From: an uncultured Rhodospirillaceae bacterium
GTDB taxonomy: Bacteria > Pseudomonadota > Alphaproteobacteria > Rhodospirillales > Magnetospirillaceae
Length of the DNA stretch: 64,000 bases
Assembly (NCBI GenBank): GCA_903941105.1
Contig: CAJANL010000164.1
Location: 24,408-88,407 of the forward strand
Reading direction: 5' to 3'
In this document: one piece after another, positions 10,416 through 19,292 of the stretch
Numbering within the stretch: position 1 is the first letter of the stretch
Layout of the letters: each line of letters starts with the position of its first letter
The notes under the pieces: model-generated
Told to the model about the DNA's origin: nothing
The model's database searches: none
The model's input: only the letters and a program-made list of their open reading frames with translations
Made by a program: the position numbers and the translations under genes

Positions 10416-10663
10416 ACCGACCTGTGTCGGCGTCCACGTCAATCCGGGATGAACATAAGAGGTAAAGAGCGGGCGCCCGCCGCCTGAGGGGCAAACGAAA
10501 AACTGTTGCATCCTCGCCACAGTGCGCGGCTTTCGTCACAGACTTACCCGTCCGTTGCTTGACTTACCCCGTTCGACGTGGCGTCATCGCCGTGTTCATT
10601 GATTGGATAACGGGTGCGGGCCGTTCGGGTTCGACATCTGGGTGCCCAAAGAGAGGAGATAAC

Positions 10664-11884
10664 ATGAAGAAGGTTCTTATCGCCAGCACGGCGCTGGTTG
10701 CCGCCGGCCTGCTGACCCCCGGCGTCGCCGCCGCTTCCGAGAAGATCAAGCTGCAGCTCGGCGGCTACTCCAAGTGGTGGGTCGTCGGCAAGTGGAACGA
10801 CGACAACTATCAGAATTCCATCGCCACCACCGCCGCCGTCAACCCGGCCTCGTACAATAACGTCGACGTCATCGGCGACAACGAGATCCACTTCGTTGGT
10901 TCGACCACCCTGGACAACGGCCTGAAGGTCGGCATCCAGGTCGAGCTCGAAGCCGGTGGCCACTCCGACATGTCCTCCGACACCATCGACGCCAGCTTCG
11001 TCTTCGTCGAAGGCGGCTTCGGTAAGGTCATGCTGGGCGCCCACAACAACGGCACCTACCTGCTGCACGTGATGGCTCCCGATGCCGCCGCCAACTGGGG
11101 CGAGGGTGGTCTGCTGCAGTCCGGCGTCGCCATCGCGCAGCCGGCCGCCGTCAAGAGCATGCCCTACTGGAATGCCAACACCGGTGCCGCCGCCGCTTCG
11201 GGCAACACCACCAACATCGTGACCGACAACAAGTCCGAGAAGATCACCTACGTCGCCCCGACGTTCTTCGGTCTGACGGTCGGCGCTTCCTACATCCCGA
11301 ACCTGGCCGAGGACACTCGCGCCGTGACCATCAACGACACCGAGGCCTATGGCGCCGGTGCCCTGTACGCCAACACCTTCGGCGGCGTTGGTGTGAAGGT
11401 TTCGGGCGGCTACGTCGCTTATGACGTCAACCCCGGCGACGGCAGCGCCAAGACCACCGATCGTTCGTTCGAGTGGTCGACGGGCGGCCAGCTGTCCTAT
11501 GCCGGCTTCACCCTGGGCGGTTCGTTCCGCAAGGCGCAGACCAACTTCGTCTCGCAGGGCACCACCGGCGCCACCAGCAGCGGCGCGAGCTCGACGGTTT
11601 CGGCCGCCGGCGAAGCGTGGGATGCGGGTCTGTCGTACGCCAACGGCCCGTACGCCGTGTCGTTCGCCTACTTCAGCTCGAACACCCAGGGCGATTTCAA
11701 CTCCGCCACCTCGACCGGCGACGACGAAATCGAGATCTATCAGGTCTCGGCGAAGTACACCATGGGCCCGGGCGTCGACCTGCTCGGCTCCATCGGTCAT
11801 GCCGAGTACACCGACGAGACCACCAACGTCTCGAACAACAACAAGGGCTGGGCTGTCATGACCGGTCTGTCGCTGGCGTTCTAA
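10664..11884 (+). CDS. outer-membrane porin (alphaproteobacterial general porin type), paralog 1
   Basis: ORF 10559..11884 trimmed to the ATG at 10664, preceded by GAGAGGAG. Signal peptide MKKVLIASTALVAAGLLTPGVAAA, alternating beta-strand pattern, C-terminal ...GWAVMTGLSLAF. Confidence 0.8.
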   Translation: MKKVLIASTALVAAGLLTPGVAAASEKIKLQLGGYSKWWVVGKWNDDNYQNSIATTAAVNPASYNNVDVIGDNEIHFVGSTTLDNGLKVGIQVELEAGGHSDMSSDTIDASFVFVEGGFGKVMLGAHNNGTYLLHVMAPDAAANWGEGGLLQSGVAIAQPAAVKSMPYWNANTGAAAASGNTTNIVTDNKSEKITYVAPTFFGLTVGASYIPNLAEDTRAVTINDTEAYGAGALYANTFGGVGVKVSGGYVAYDVNPGDGSAKTTDRSFEWSTGGQLSYAGFTLGGSFRKAQTNFVSQGTTGATSSGASSTVSAAGEAWDAGLSYANGPYAVSFAYFSSNTQGDFNSATSTGDDEIEIYQVSAKYTMGPGVDLLGSIGHAEYTDETTNVSNNNKGWAVMTGLSLAF

Positions 11885-11909
11885 TCGAACCCAAGCGTCG
11901 ATACGAGAT

Positions 11910-11940
11910 GGGGGTGGCTTCGGCCACCCCCATTTTTTTT
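11910..11940 (+). terminator. rho-independent terminator of porin 1
   Basis: GGGGGTGGC ttcg GCCACCCCC followed by ATTTTTTTT, 26 nt after the stop codon. Confidence 0.8.
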
Positions 11941-12152
11941 GGGGTCACGGATGAGCGGGGATCGCGCCACGCAACGCACACCCCACCGTCACTCCCGCAA
12001 AAGCGGGGGGTCCATTTGTCCGTACGCACGAACGCTCGTGCGAGCCCACCGTGGATTCCCGCCTGCGCGGGAATGACGGTTTTTCCGGTGGGGCCACCCT
12101 CCCCGAAATTCCGCGATGAACCATTTTTTTTGGTGTCACGGATGCGTGGGGA
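11932..12152. repeat. composite intergenic repeat: two 30-bp direct repeats flanking two hairpin modules
   Basis: Direct repeats ATTTTTTTTGGGGTCACGGATGAGCGGGGA (11932-11961) and ATTTTTTTTGGTGTCACGGATGCGTGGGGA (12123-12152) match at 27/30. Between them lie the modules GTCACTCCCGCAAAAGCGGGGGGTCCAT and TGGATTCCCGCCTGCGCGGGAATGACGG (11988-12079). Both modules recur at 14885-14988. Confidence 0.75.
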
Positions 12153-12325
12153 GAGACCCCCTCGCGCCGCCAATTGTTGCATTTCGGCCACAGGCCGACC
12201 CATTCATCACACCCGTTCGACTCGGCCGTTGACCCGTTTGATGGTGCGGCCTAGCATGCCTGCGAATTGGGCGGCGCCAATGGCGCCTACTTTTTGGTCA
12301 TATTGACGAAAGATAGGGGATTGTT

Positions 12326-13486
12326 ATGAAGAAGGTCCTGATCGCCAGCACCGCCTTGGTGGCCGCCAGCCTGGTGGGCAGCCCCGCGTTCGCCGCCGAA
12401 AAGATCAAGCTTGAGCTGGGCGGCTTCTCCAAGTGGTGGGTCGTCGGCAAGTGGAACGACGACAAGTACCAGAACGCGCAGGCCACCAGCGCGACCGTCA
12501 ACCCGGCCTCGTACAACAATGTCGACGTCATCGGCGACAACGAGATCTGGTTCACCGGCTCGACCAAGCTCGACAACGGCCTGTCGGTGGGCATCGAGGT
12601 GCATCTGGAGGCCGGTGGCCATACCGACCAGAGCAGCGACACCATCGACAAGAGCTTCGTCTTCGTCGAAGGCGGCTTCGGTAAGGTCATGCTGGGCAGC
12701 GCCGCCAACGGCGCCGTGCAGCTGCACGTGATGGCGCCCGACGCCGCCGCCAACTTCGGTTCCGAGGGTCTGCTGACCGGTGGCTTCGCCATTGCCCAGC
12801 CGGCCGCCCTCAACGGCATCCGCACCACCACCGAACTCGACACCGACGATAATTCCGAGAAGCTGACCTATGTCAGCCCGGTGTTCTACGGCCTCACCCT
12901 CGGTGCCAGCTATGTTCCCAATATCGGGACGGAAGACAGCCGCGCCGTGCAGCGGAACGATAGCGAGGTCCTCGGCGTCGGCGCTCTTTACGACAACACC
13001 TTCGGCGAGGTGGGTGTGAAGGTCTCGGCGGGTTACATCACCTACGACATCAACCCGGCCGACAACACCTCCAACGGCACCGACCAGTCGGATGAGTGGT
13101 CCGTCGGCACCCAGGTGACCTATGGCGGCTTCACCGTCGGCGGTGCCTATCGCAAGCTGCAGACCGACTTCAAGACGACGGCCACCAATCCCGGCGCCAC
13201 CGCGACGTCGAGCATCGATGGCCGCGTCTGGGATGCCGGCATCCAGTATGCCAACGGCCCCTATGCGGTGTCGTTCATCTATTTCAACTCCCAGTCGGCC
13301 GGTACCCGCACCGTCGCGGGCGACGACGAGATGGAAGTCTATCAGGTGTCGGGCAAGTACGCGCTCGGGCCGGGCGTCGACGTTCTCGGCACCATCGGTC
13401 ATGCCGAGTTCACCGACGAGACCACCACCGTTTCGAACAACAACAAGGGCTGGGCGGTGATGACCGGTCTGTCGCTGACCTTCTGA
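12326..13486 (+). CDS. outer-membrane porin, paralog 2
   Basis: 386 aa. MKKVLIASTALVAASLVGSPAFAA signal peptide. Long identical blocks shared with paralog 1 (SKWWVVGKWNDD, ASYNNVDVIGDNEI, FVFVEGGFGKVMLG, NNNKGWAVMTGLSL) and a C-terminal Phe. Confidence 0.8.
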   Translation: MKKVLIASTALVAASLVGSPAFAAEKIKLELGGFSKWWVVGKWNDDKYQNAQATSATVNPASYNNVDVIGDNEIWFTGSTKLDNGLSVGIEVHLEAGGHTDQSSDTIDKSFVFVEGGFGKVMLGSAANGAVQLHVMAPDAAANFGSEGLLTGGFAIAQPAALNGIRTTTELDTDDNSEKLTYVSPVFYGLTLGASYVPNIGTEDSRAVQRNDSEVLGVGALYDNTFGEVGVKVSAGYITYDINPADNTSNGTDQSDEWSVGTQVTYGGFTVGGAYRKLQTDFKTTATNPGATATSSIDGRVWDAGIQYANGPYAVSFIYFNSQSAGTRTVAGDDEMEVYQVSGKYALGPGVDVLGTIGHAEFTDETTTVSNNNKGWAVMTGLSLTF

Positions 13487-13504
13487 TCGTTCCGCGTCTG
13501 TCGG

Positions 13505-13537
13505 GAAAGGGGCGGCCCGGGTGGCCGCCCCTTTTTC
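13505..13537. terminator. bidirectional rho-independent terminator (porin 2 / thiE-like gene)
   Basis: GAAA GGGGCGGCC cgggt GGCCGCCCC TTTTTC. An A-tract and a T-tract flank a 9-bp GC stem between the convergent genes. Confidence 0.75.
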
Positions 13538-14151
13538 TATTCCGCCAGCGCACCGATCGCCGCCAGACCGGCGGCGGCGCTGGACGACAGCCGACCGGCG
13601 GTGGCGTCGGCGATACCACCCAGGGCGATCACCGGCAATGGGGCGCGACGCACCCAGGCGGCGAAGCGCAGGCTGCCGATGGGTCTGGCGGCGGGATGGC
13701 TGGCGGTGGCGAACACCGGCGACAGCACCGCCCAGTCGGCGCCCAGGGCGGCGGCGCGGTGCAGGGCGGCCGGCGAATGGCAGGCCACCGACAGCAGCAG
13801 CCCTTTCCGCCGCCGCCATCCCAGCAGCGGCGACACCACGCCGTGGCGGGCCAGTCCCTCGGGAAGATGGAGGCCGGCGGCGCCGATCCGCTGGGCCAGC
13901 CGCCAATCCGCCGCTCCGGCGACGGCCACCAGCAGCGTCAGCCGGCGCCGGCGGCACAGGGCGGCCAGTGCCTCGGGCAGCCCGGCCCTTGCCTCACCGT
14001 AGGGTCGCAGCAGCACCCCGGCACCGGGCGGCAGGCGACGGGCGGCGGCCAGGGGGTCGGGCAGCCGCAGTGGATCGCTCACCAGCAGCAGCGACGGCAC
14101 CCGGCGCGGTGCTGCGCGTTTGAGTCGGCGGGCGGTGTTTGCTAGGGTCAT
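13537..14151 (-). CDS. thiamine-phosphate synthase family protein (ThiE/TenI-like)
   Basis: 204 aa. Shows the pattern LLLVSD..., GLHLPE, SVACHS, ADWAVLSPVFAT.SHP and LPVIALGGI, typical of the TMP-TENI fold. Confidence 0.7.
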   Translation of the reverse strand: MTLANTARRLKRAAPRRVPSLLLVSDPLRLPDPLAAARRLPPGAGVLLRPYGEARAGLPEALAALCRRRRLTLLVAVAGAADWRLAQRIGAAGLHLPEGLARHGVVSPLLGWRRRKGLLLSVACHSPAALHRAAALGADWAVLSPVFATASHPAARPIGSLRFAAWVRRAPLPVIALGGIADATAGRLSSSAAAGLAAIGALAE

Positions 14152-14180
14152 GGCCGCAGCCTATCAGGAGTCCCAGTGCC

Positions 14181-14846
14181 TTGTCCGAGGTCGTCGCCAA
14201 TCTCGCCGCCGTTCGCCACGCCATCGCCACCGCCGCCCGACAGGCGGGGCGCGATGCCGCTTCCGTGTCGCTGGTGGCGGTCAGCAAGACCCATGACGCC
14301 CCCGACATCGTCCCGGTGCTGGAGGCCGGGCAGCGTTGCTTCGGCGAGAACCGGGTGCAGGAGGCCAAGGCCAAGTGGCCGGCGCTCAAGGATCGTTTCG
14401 CGGGCGTCGAGCTTCATTTGATCGGGCCTCTCCAGACCAACAAGGTGCGCGACGCCCTGGCCCTGTTCGACGTCATCGAGAGCATCGACCGGCCCAAGCT
14501 GGCCCGGGCGGTGGCCGACGAGATGGGGCGCAGCGGCCTGCGGCCGGCCTGCTGCATCCAGGTCAACACCGGCCGCGAGGCGCAGAAGGCCGGCGTCGAC
14601 CCCGACCAGGCCGACCGCTTCGTCGCCTTGTGCCGCGACGAGTTCGGCCTGCCGCTGGTGGGAGTGATGGGCATTCCGCCCGCCGACCTCGATCCCGAAC
14701 CGCATTTCCGCCTGCTGGCCGACATCGCCGCCCGCAACGGCCTGGCCATGATCAGCATGGGCATGAGCGGCGACTACCCCGCCGCCATCCGCCTGGGCGC
14801 CACCCATGTCCGGGTCGGCTCGGCCATCTTCGGGGCGCGAAGTTAA
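14181..14846 (+). CDS. yggS: YggS family pyridoxal-phosphate homeostasis protein
   Basis: ORF 14139..14846. Contains VSLVAVSKTH, FGENRVQE, HLIGPLQTNK and SMGMSGDY. The start is ambiguous: TTG at 14139, or TTG at 14181 preceded by AGGAG at 14166-14170 (preferred). Confidence 0.85.
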   Translation: MSEVVANLAAVRHAIATAARQAGRDAASVSLVAVSKTHDAPDIVPVLEAGQRCFGENRVQEAKAKWPALKDRFAGVELHLIGPLQTNKVRDALALFDVIESIDRPKLARAVADEMGRSGLRPACCIQVNTGREAQKAGVDPDQADRFVALCRDEFGLPLVGVMGIPPADLDPEPHFRLLADIAARNGLAMISMGMSGDYPAAIRLGATHVRVGSAIFGARS

Positions 14847-15020
14847 CAGGCTGCGGAAAAACTCTTCCCGCCGCCCTTCAGCTCGTCACCCCCGCAAAAG
14901 CGGGGGTCCATGTTGTGGTGAGATACGGTATCTCACGCTATATGTTGTGCCGCTGGATGCATGGATTCCCGCCTTCGCGGGAATGACGAGGAAATTTGGC
15001 CCCTTTTCGCAGCCTGTTAA
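14843..15020. mobile_element. MITE-like non-autonomous element (178 bp including TTAA at both ends)
   Basis: Terminal inverted repeats TTAACAGGCTGCGGAAAA (14843-14860) and TTTTCGCAGCCTGTTAA (15004-15020). No ORF of credible coding character inside. It carries the same two hairpin modules seen at 11988-12079. The left TTAA contains the yggS stop codon. Confidence 0.55.
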
Positions 15021-15053
15021 GGCGTGATGCCCTCAATGTGCATCACGCCTTAA
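15017..15053 (+). terminator. 14-bp stem hairpin, probable original yggS terminator displaced by the MITE
   Basis: TTAAGGCGTGATGC cctcaatgt GCATCACGCCTTAA followed by CCTTTATGTTT. It begins with the right-hand TTAA of the MITE. Confidence 0.45.
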
Positions 15054-15152
15054 CCTTTATGTTTCGCCCTTGCCGGGCGGGCACCTTCGTGCCCTTGGCC
15101 GCTCGCTCAACGCTCGCAAGAGTACCGCGTTTCCTATTTCAGGCGCGGTGCT

Positions 15153-16370
15153 CTAACCGCGCGGCAGCCTCAAATACAGCGCCCCCATGGCGTTGAGCTG
15201 GCGGAACATGGCGGTGAACTGGTCGCGGAACACGGGTGGCGGCAGCTTGGTGGCGCGGCGCAGGGCGGCCAGATCGGCGCGGCCGTCGATGGCGCGGGCG
15301 ATGAGCGTCGCCTCGGGGGTGAGCTGAACCCCCAGCGGCAGGCCCTGCTGCATCATCTGGATCACCGCACCCTGGCCGGCCGGCGGCAGCGGCGGCGGCA
15401 CGCTCCAGCACGGCACGGCGCGGTCCTGATCCGGCGACGGCGGTGCGACCGGATTGTCGGCGGCGACCAGGAAAAAACTGTGCTTCTTCAGGGCGCCGAT
15501 CCAGTTCTCGGCGAACTGGGCCCGCTCCATGGGCGACAGCGCCGCCGCCCGCGCCGCCACCACGTCGCCCTTGACGTAGCTTAAGGGGTCGTAGAGCGCC
15601 GGCGGCATCAACGCCGCCACCCGCAGCCCCGCCGTCTCGGCCAACTGGTGGACCTCGCGCACCGAATAGGCGCGGTCGCAGCTGTGCAGCAGCTCGTCAT
15701 AGAGGCTGGCATCGTCGAGCTTGTAGTCGACCATGCCGGTGTTGCGGCGCAGCCAGTTGCTCGGCGGCAACTGGGCGATCAGCCGCTTGGCCACCGCCAG
15801 GCGCTCGTGCGGCGGCAGGTCGGGCGGCACCAGATGGCGCAGCATGTCCTGCACCGGATAGACGCCGGTGCGGCCCAGGGCGCCATAGAGCATCACCGCC
15901 ATGCCGCCGCCCTCGGCCAGTGCGGCGGCCAGCGCCGCCATGCCGGCCGGCGGGTCGTCGAGGTGATGCAGGACGCCGCTGCAATTGATGAAATCGAAGC
16001 GGCCGAGGTCGAGCCGTCCGAGATCAAGCAATGATCCGGTAACGAAATGAACATTGCGCAGGCCACGCACGGCGGCACGCGCCTCGGCGATGCGGCGCGA
16101 TGCCTCGGACAGGTCGAGATAGACCACCTCGGCCGGAATCTTCGCATCGGCGCATTGCTGGGCGAGCGCCACCAGGGCGTCGCCGGTACCGCCGCCCGCC
16201 ACCAGGATGCGGCACGGCTTGCGGCGATCCCAGCGGCCGCCGAACACGGTGTGGTCGATGGCGGCCAGGGTGTCGAGCACCCCGAGTTCCAGCCCCGACT
16301 CCAGCTCGATGGCGGGATCGCGATGGGGATACGGAAGGTGTTCGTACTGCTGGCGAACGAGGTCGGACAT
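15153..16370 (-). CDS. class I SAM-dependent methyltransferase
   Basis: ORF 15153..16700 trimmed to the ATG at 16370 (MSDLVRQQYEHLPYPHRDP). SAM-binding motif ILVAGGGTGD. Followed by FDFINCSGVLHHL. Confidence 0.75.
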   Translation of the reverse strand: MSDLVRQQYEHLPYPHRDPAIELESGLELGVLDTLAAIDHTVFGGRWDRRKPCRILVAGGGTGDALVALAQQCADAKIPAEVVYLDLSEASRRIAEARAAVRGLRNVHFVTGSLLDLGRLDLGRFDFINCSGVLHHLDDPPAGMAALAAALAEGGGMAVMLYGALGRTGVYPVQDMLRHLVPPDLPPHERLAVAKRLIAQLPPSNWLRRNTGMVDYKLDDASLYDELLHSCDRAYSVREVHQLAETAGLRVAALMPPALYDPLSYVKGDVVAARAAALSPMERAQFAENWIGALKKHSFFLVAADNPVAPPSPDQDRAVPCWSVPPPLPPAGQGAVIQMMQQGLPLGVQLTPEATLIARAIDGRADLAALRRATKLPPPVFRDQFTAMFRQLNAMGALYLRLPRG

Positions 16371-16390
16371 GGACACCGGCTGGAGCGTGA

Positions 16391-16918
16391 CTAGACCCCG
16401 GCAGGGTAGTGGCTTCCGGCCGGCACGTCCACCGTCAGCCTGTCGCCGGGGTGGCAGGCGGCGAGAAGGCTCAGCAGATCGCCCAGCGCCAGAGCGACGC
16501 AGCCTTCGGTGGCGGCGTAGTCGGGCTTGGCCACGTGCAGGAAGATGGCGCTGCCCATCCCCGGGCGTGGCGGATCGTCGTTGTGGCCCAGCTCCACCAC
16601 CACGTCGTAGACACCGTCGTCGCGCCACATGCGCTCGCACGAGGCGGCATGGGGCAGGCGGACGAGGCGATTGTAGTCGGCATGGCCGGGATCGTCGCAC
16701 CAGCCCATGGCGGGATCGAGGGCCTGCCGCGGCAAGCCGGTGGCCGGTGCCGCCAGCCGATCCGGGCGATAGAACACCCGCTTGACGGTGAAGCTGCCCA
16801 CCGGGGTGGCGCCGTCGCCCTCACGCTTGTCGTGGCGAATCCCCGAGCGCCCAAGGGCGCACACCGCCCGCCCGGTGTCCCAGGTCAGGCGGCCATCGGC
16901 GGAAACGCGGATCTCCAT
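16391..16918 (-). CDS. L,D-transpeptidase family protein (YkuD fold)
   Basis: 175 aa. Catalytic-type motif SAIFLHVAKPDYAATEGCVAL (His...Gly-Cys). Confidence 0.75.
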   Translation of the reverse strand: MEIRVSADGRLTWDTGRAVCALGRSGIRHDKREGDGATPVGSFTVKRVFYRPDRLAAPATGLPRQALDPAMGWCDDPGHADYNRLVRLPHAASCERMWRDDGVYDVVVELGHNDDPPRPGMGSAIFLHVAKPDYAATEGCVALALGDLLSLLAACHPGDRLTVDVPAGSHYPAGV

Positions 16919-16921
16919 ATT

Positions 16922-17944
16922 TTATTGCAATCCCGGAACGGCCGGTGTGACGGCGGTCTGCTGCCCCAGTTTGGCCGAGCGGTCGTATTTGTCCAGCGCC
17001 TGCAGCATGGCGCCCTGGAACCAGTTCTGCGCCTGTCCCGGCGTTCCCAATCCCGGTGTCGCCATCCCGGGGGTGCCGGTGCCACCGTTCTGGGCCTGCG
17101 AGGCCACCATCTGCTGCACCAGGGCGGGATTGATCGAGCCGGCGGCGGCGGTGCGCATGCCGGTGACCGGAACATTGGAGCGGCCGCTGTTGTTGGAAAC
17201 GGGCAACTGCACCGCTGAAACCTGACGCGCCGTGGTGCCGAGGGTGCGTCCCGGGGCCGGCATCATGCGGGCGTCGCGCGTCGGCAAGGCCCGCATCGGC
17301 TCGGTGGCGGCGACGGCGGCGGTGGGCGTGGGTGCCGGGGGGACGGGTGCGGCGTCAACGGCCACCCGTTGCGGTTCGGCGGCGGCCGGCGCGGGTTCGG
17401 CGGCACCCAACAGATCAAGGGTTACCGGTTGGGCATCGCCGGTTTCGGCCGCAACCTGGGCCTGGACCTGAGCCTCTTCGGCCGGCGCGGTCGTGGTCGA
17501 GGCCACGGCGGTGGCCGGCATGGCGGGCGAGTCGTCACCCTTGAACATGGCGATGGCGTGGCCGCCGATATCATCGCCGGTGGCCGCCTCCACCAGGCTG
17601 TTGACGGCGGCGATGGCCAGGCCCAGCACGCCGCCATAAATGGCGCCGCCGGCCATGCGGGCGCCGACGCCGATGTCGTCGCCCGACACTTCGCGGTAGA
17701 TGCTGTTGATGATGGGAATGTGCTGCAACGGGTTGATCATGTCGAGGAAGTCGCCGAAGCCGGGACCGCTGTCCTCCTGGAACATCCCCAGCTTCTTCTT
17801 GGGGGCGTTGGGGTCGGAAACCGGCTCGATGACCCGCCCGGTGCGCGCCGCATAGGCGGTGGCGGCATTCTCCGACGGCAGGTCGGGTACCAGCCGATCG
17901 AACGACTGGTATGTGGTGGGGAGGTATGCTGCGGACACCGACAT
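16922..17944 (-). CDS. hypothetical protein with an Ala/Pro-rich central region
   Basis: ORF 16922..17962; the ATG at 17944 (MSVSAAY) is a plausible start. The N-terminal segment GFGDFLDMINPLQHIPIINSIYREVSGDDIG looks conserved. No family recognised. Confidence 0.5.
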   Translation of the reverse strand: MSVSAAYLPTTYQSFDRLVPDLPSENAATAYAARTGRVIEPVSDPNAPKKKLGMFQEDSGPGFGDFLDMINPLQHIPIINSIYREVSGDDIGVGARMAGGAIYGGVLGLAIAAVNSLVEAATGDDIGGHAIAMFKGDDSPAMPATAVASTTTAPAEEAQVQAQVAAETGDAQPVTLDLLGAAEPAPAAAEPQRVAVDAAPVPPAPTPTAAVAATEPMRALPTRDARMMPAPGRTLGTTARQVSAVQLPVSNNSGRSNVPVTGMRTAAAGSINPALVQQMVASQAQNGGTGTPGMATPGLGTPGQAQNWFQGAMLQALDKYDRSAKLGQQTAVTPAVPGLQ

Positions 17945-18069
17945 GGGCGAACCTCGGAACAAAAGTCAGGGTTCACTCTGCAATGGGGATGCCAGTCCTA
18001 ATGCATTGATTTTCCAGCATTTGCCGACCATGTGCCCGGCAATTCAGGACCGGCGACGGCAATTCCTGC

Positions 18070-19182
18070 CTAGAACAGGTGGCCGCCCCGCGTCGCCTTG
18101 GTGCTCAGATAGCCCTGGTTGTGGTCGTTGGCGGGGAAGACGTGCGGCACCCGCTCGGCCACCTCGATGCCGTGGCGGGCCAGCGCCGCCACCTTGCCGG
18201 GGTTGTTGGTCATCAGCCTTACCCGGCAAACCCCCAGCAGGCGCAGCATCTGCGCCGCCGGCTGGTAGATGCGCTCGTCGTCGTCGAAGCCCAGTTGCAG
18301 GTTGGCGTCCAGCGTGTCGAAGCCGTCGTCCTGCAGCTGGTAGGCGCGCAGCTTGTTGACCAGACCGATGCCGCGGCCCTCCTGGGCCAGGTAGAGCAGC
18401 ACACCGCTGCCGGCCTGGGCGATTTCGGCGATGGCGCCGCGCAGCTGGTCGCCGCAATCGCAGCGCAGCGAGCCCAGCAGATCGCCGGTGAAGCATTCGG
18501 AGTGCAGCCGCGCCAGCACCGGCTGGTCGGGATCGGGCTCGCCGATGATGATCGCCAGATGCTCGATGCCGCCGTCGGAGGGGCGGAAGGCGGCGATGCG
18601 GGCGTTCTCGGCATCCTTCAGCGGCACCCGCGCCTCGCTAACCAGCCGCAGCGTGCTGGCGGCGGTCTGCTGGTGGCAGACGATATGGGCGGCCTCGGCC
18701 AGCGGAATGCCCTCGGGCAGCTGCGCCGTCTCGGCGATCACCGCCGAGGGCAGCAGCCGGGCCAGCTTGGTCAGCCCCACCGCGGCGGCGGCGGCGGCGG
18801 CGGCGGGTTCCGCCGTCAGCCGGGCGAGGTCGGGCGCCGGCAGCAGCCGGGCGCAAGGATCCGCCAGCCAGGCGATCGTTTCGGCAGTGAAATCCTTGTC
18901 GGCGGTGAGGCGGACCACGGCGGCGTCGCCGGCCGCCAGCCCCAGCACGCCGGCGCGCCGTCCGGTGACCGCCACCCGGGGCGGCGAGCCGGCCAGGGCG
19001 CCAAGCCGAGCCAGCGCCTCGTCGGTGACCGCTTCGGCGGCCAGCATCAGGACGGCGGCGTCGCCGGCCCGCACCGCCACGATGCCGCCGCGGCGCAGCT
19101 CGGCGGCGGCACGATCGACGGTGATGAGGGGCTGCGGTGCCGGAGCCGCCGGCGTGGGGGTAATGTCGAGATGCCTGATCAT
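18070..19182 (-). CDS. ribA: GTP cyclohydrolase II with a degenerate RibB-like N-terminal domain
   Basis: ORF 18070..19254 trimmed to the ATG at 19182 (MIRHLDI). The C-terminal half carries RLHSECFTGDLLGSLRCDCGDQL and LYLAQEGRGIGLVNKLRAYQLQDDGFDT. The N-terminal ~170 aa resembles DHBP synthase only loosely and contains a run of eight Ala. Confidence 0.85.
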   Translation of the reverse strand: MIRHLDITPTPAAPAPQPLITVDRAAAELRRGGIVAVRAGDAAVLMLAAEAVTDEALARLGALAGSPPRVAVTGRRAGVLGLAAGDAAVVRLTADKDFTAETIAWLADPCARLLPAPDLARLTAEPAAAAAAAAVGLTKLARLLPSAVIAETAQLPEGIPLAEAAHIVCHQQTAASTLRLVSEARVPLKDAENARIAAFRPSDGGIEHLAIIIGEPDPDQPVLARLHSECFTGDLLGSLRCDCGDQLRGAIAEIAQAGSGVLLYLAQEGRGIGLVNKLRAYQLQDDGFDTLDANLQLGFDDDERIYQPAAQMLRLLGVCRVRLMTNNPGKVAALARHGIEVAERVPHVFPANDHNQGYLSTKATRGGHLF

Positions 19183-19292
19183 AAACAAGGGTCCGAAACC
19201 AGAGGGCGGCACCATAGCGGGTTTCCGTCGGCGGCAAAAGGGCTCGCCCGGCAATTCCCTATGGGGCGTTGTCTATTATATGCTGGTCGGGC

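Noticed and set aside
10600-10660. tRNA-like GGGTTCGAC sequence upstream of porin 1
   Set aside because: The flanks cannot be folded into an acceptor stem, anticodon arm or D-arm. It is just part of the porin leader.
11856-12203. ORFs translating the dispersed hairpin modules (peptides IPAQAGIH, FPRRRES, IPACAGMT; also 14806..15027 with IPAFAGMT)
   Set aside because: These peptides are the well-known by-product of translating GC-rich intergenic repeat hairpins in different frames and strands. They have no start context or conservation logic.
10544-13957. Minus-strand ORFs of 418 and 556 aa opposite the two porin genes
   Set aside because: They are mirror frames. The porin frames have signal peptides, beta-strand periodicity, a C-terminal Phe, their own RBS and their own terminators.
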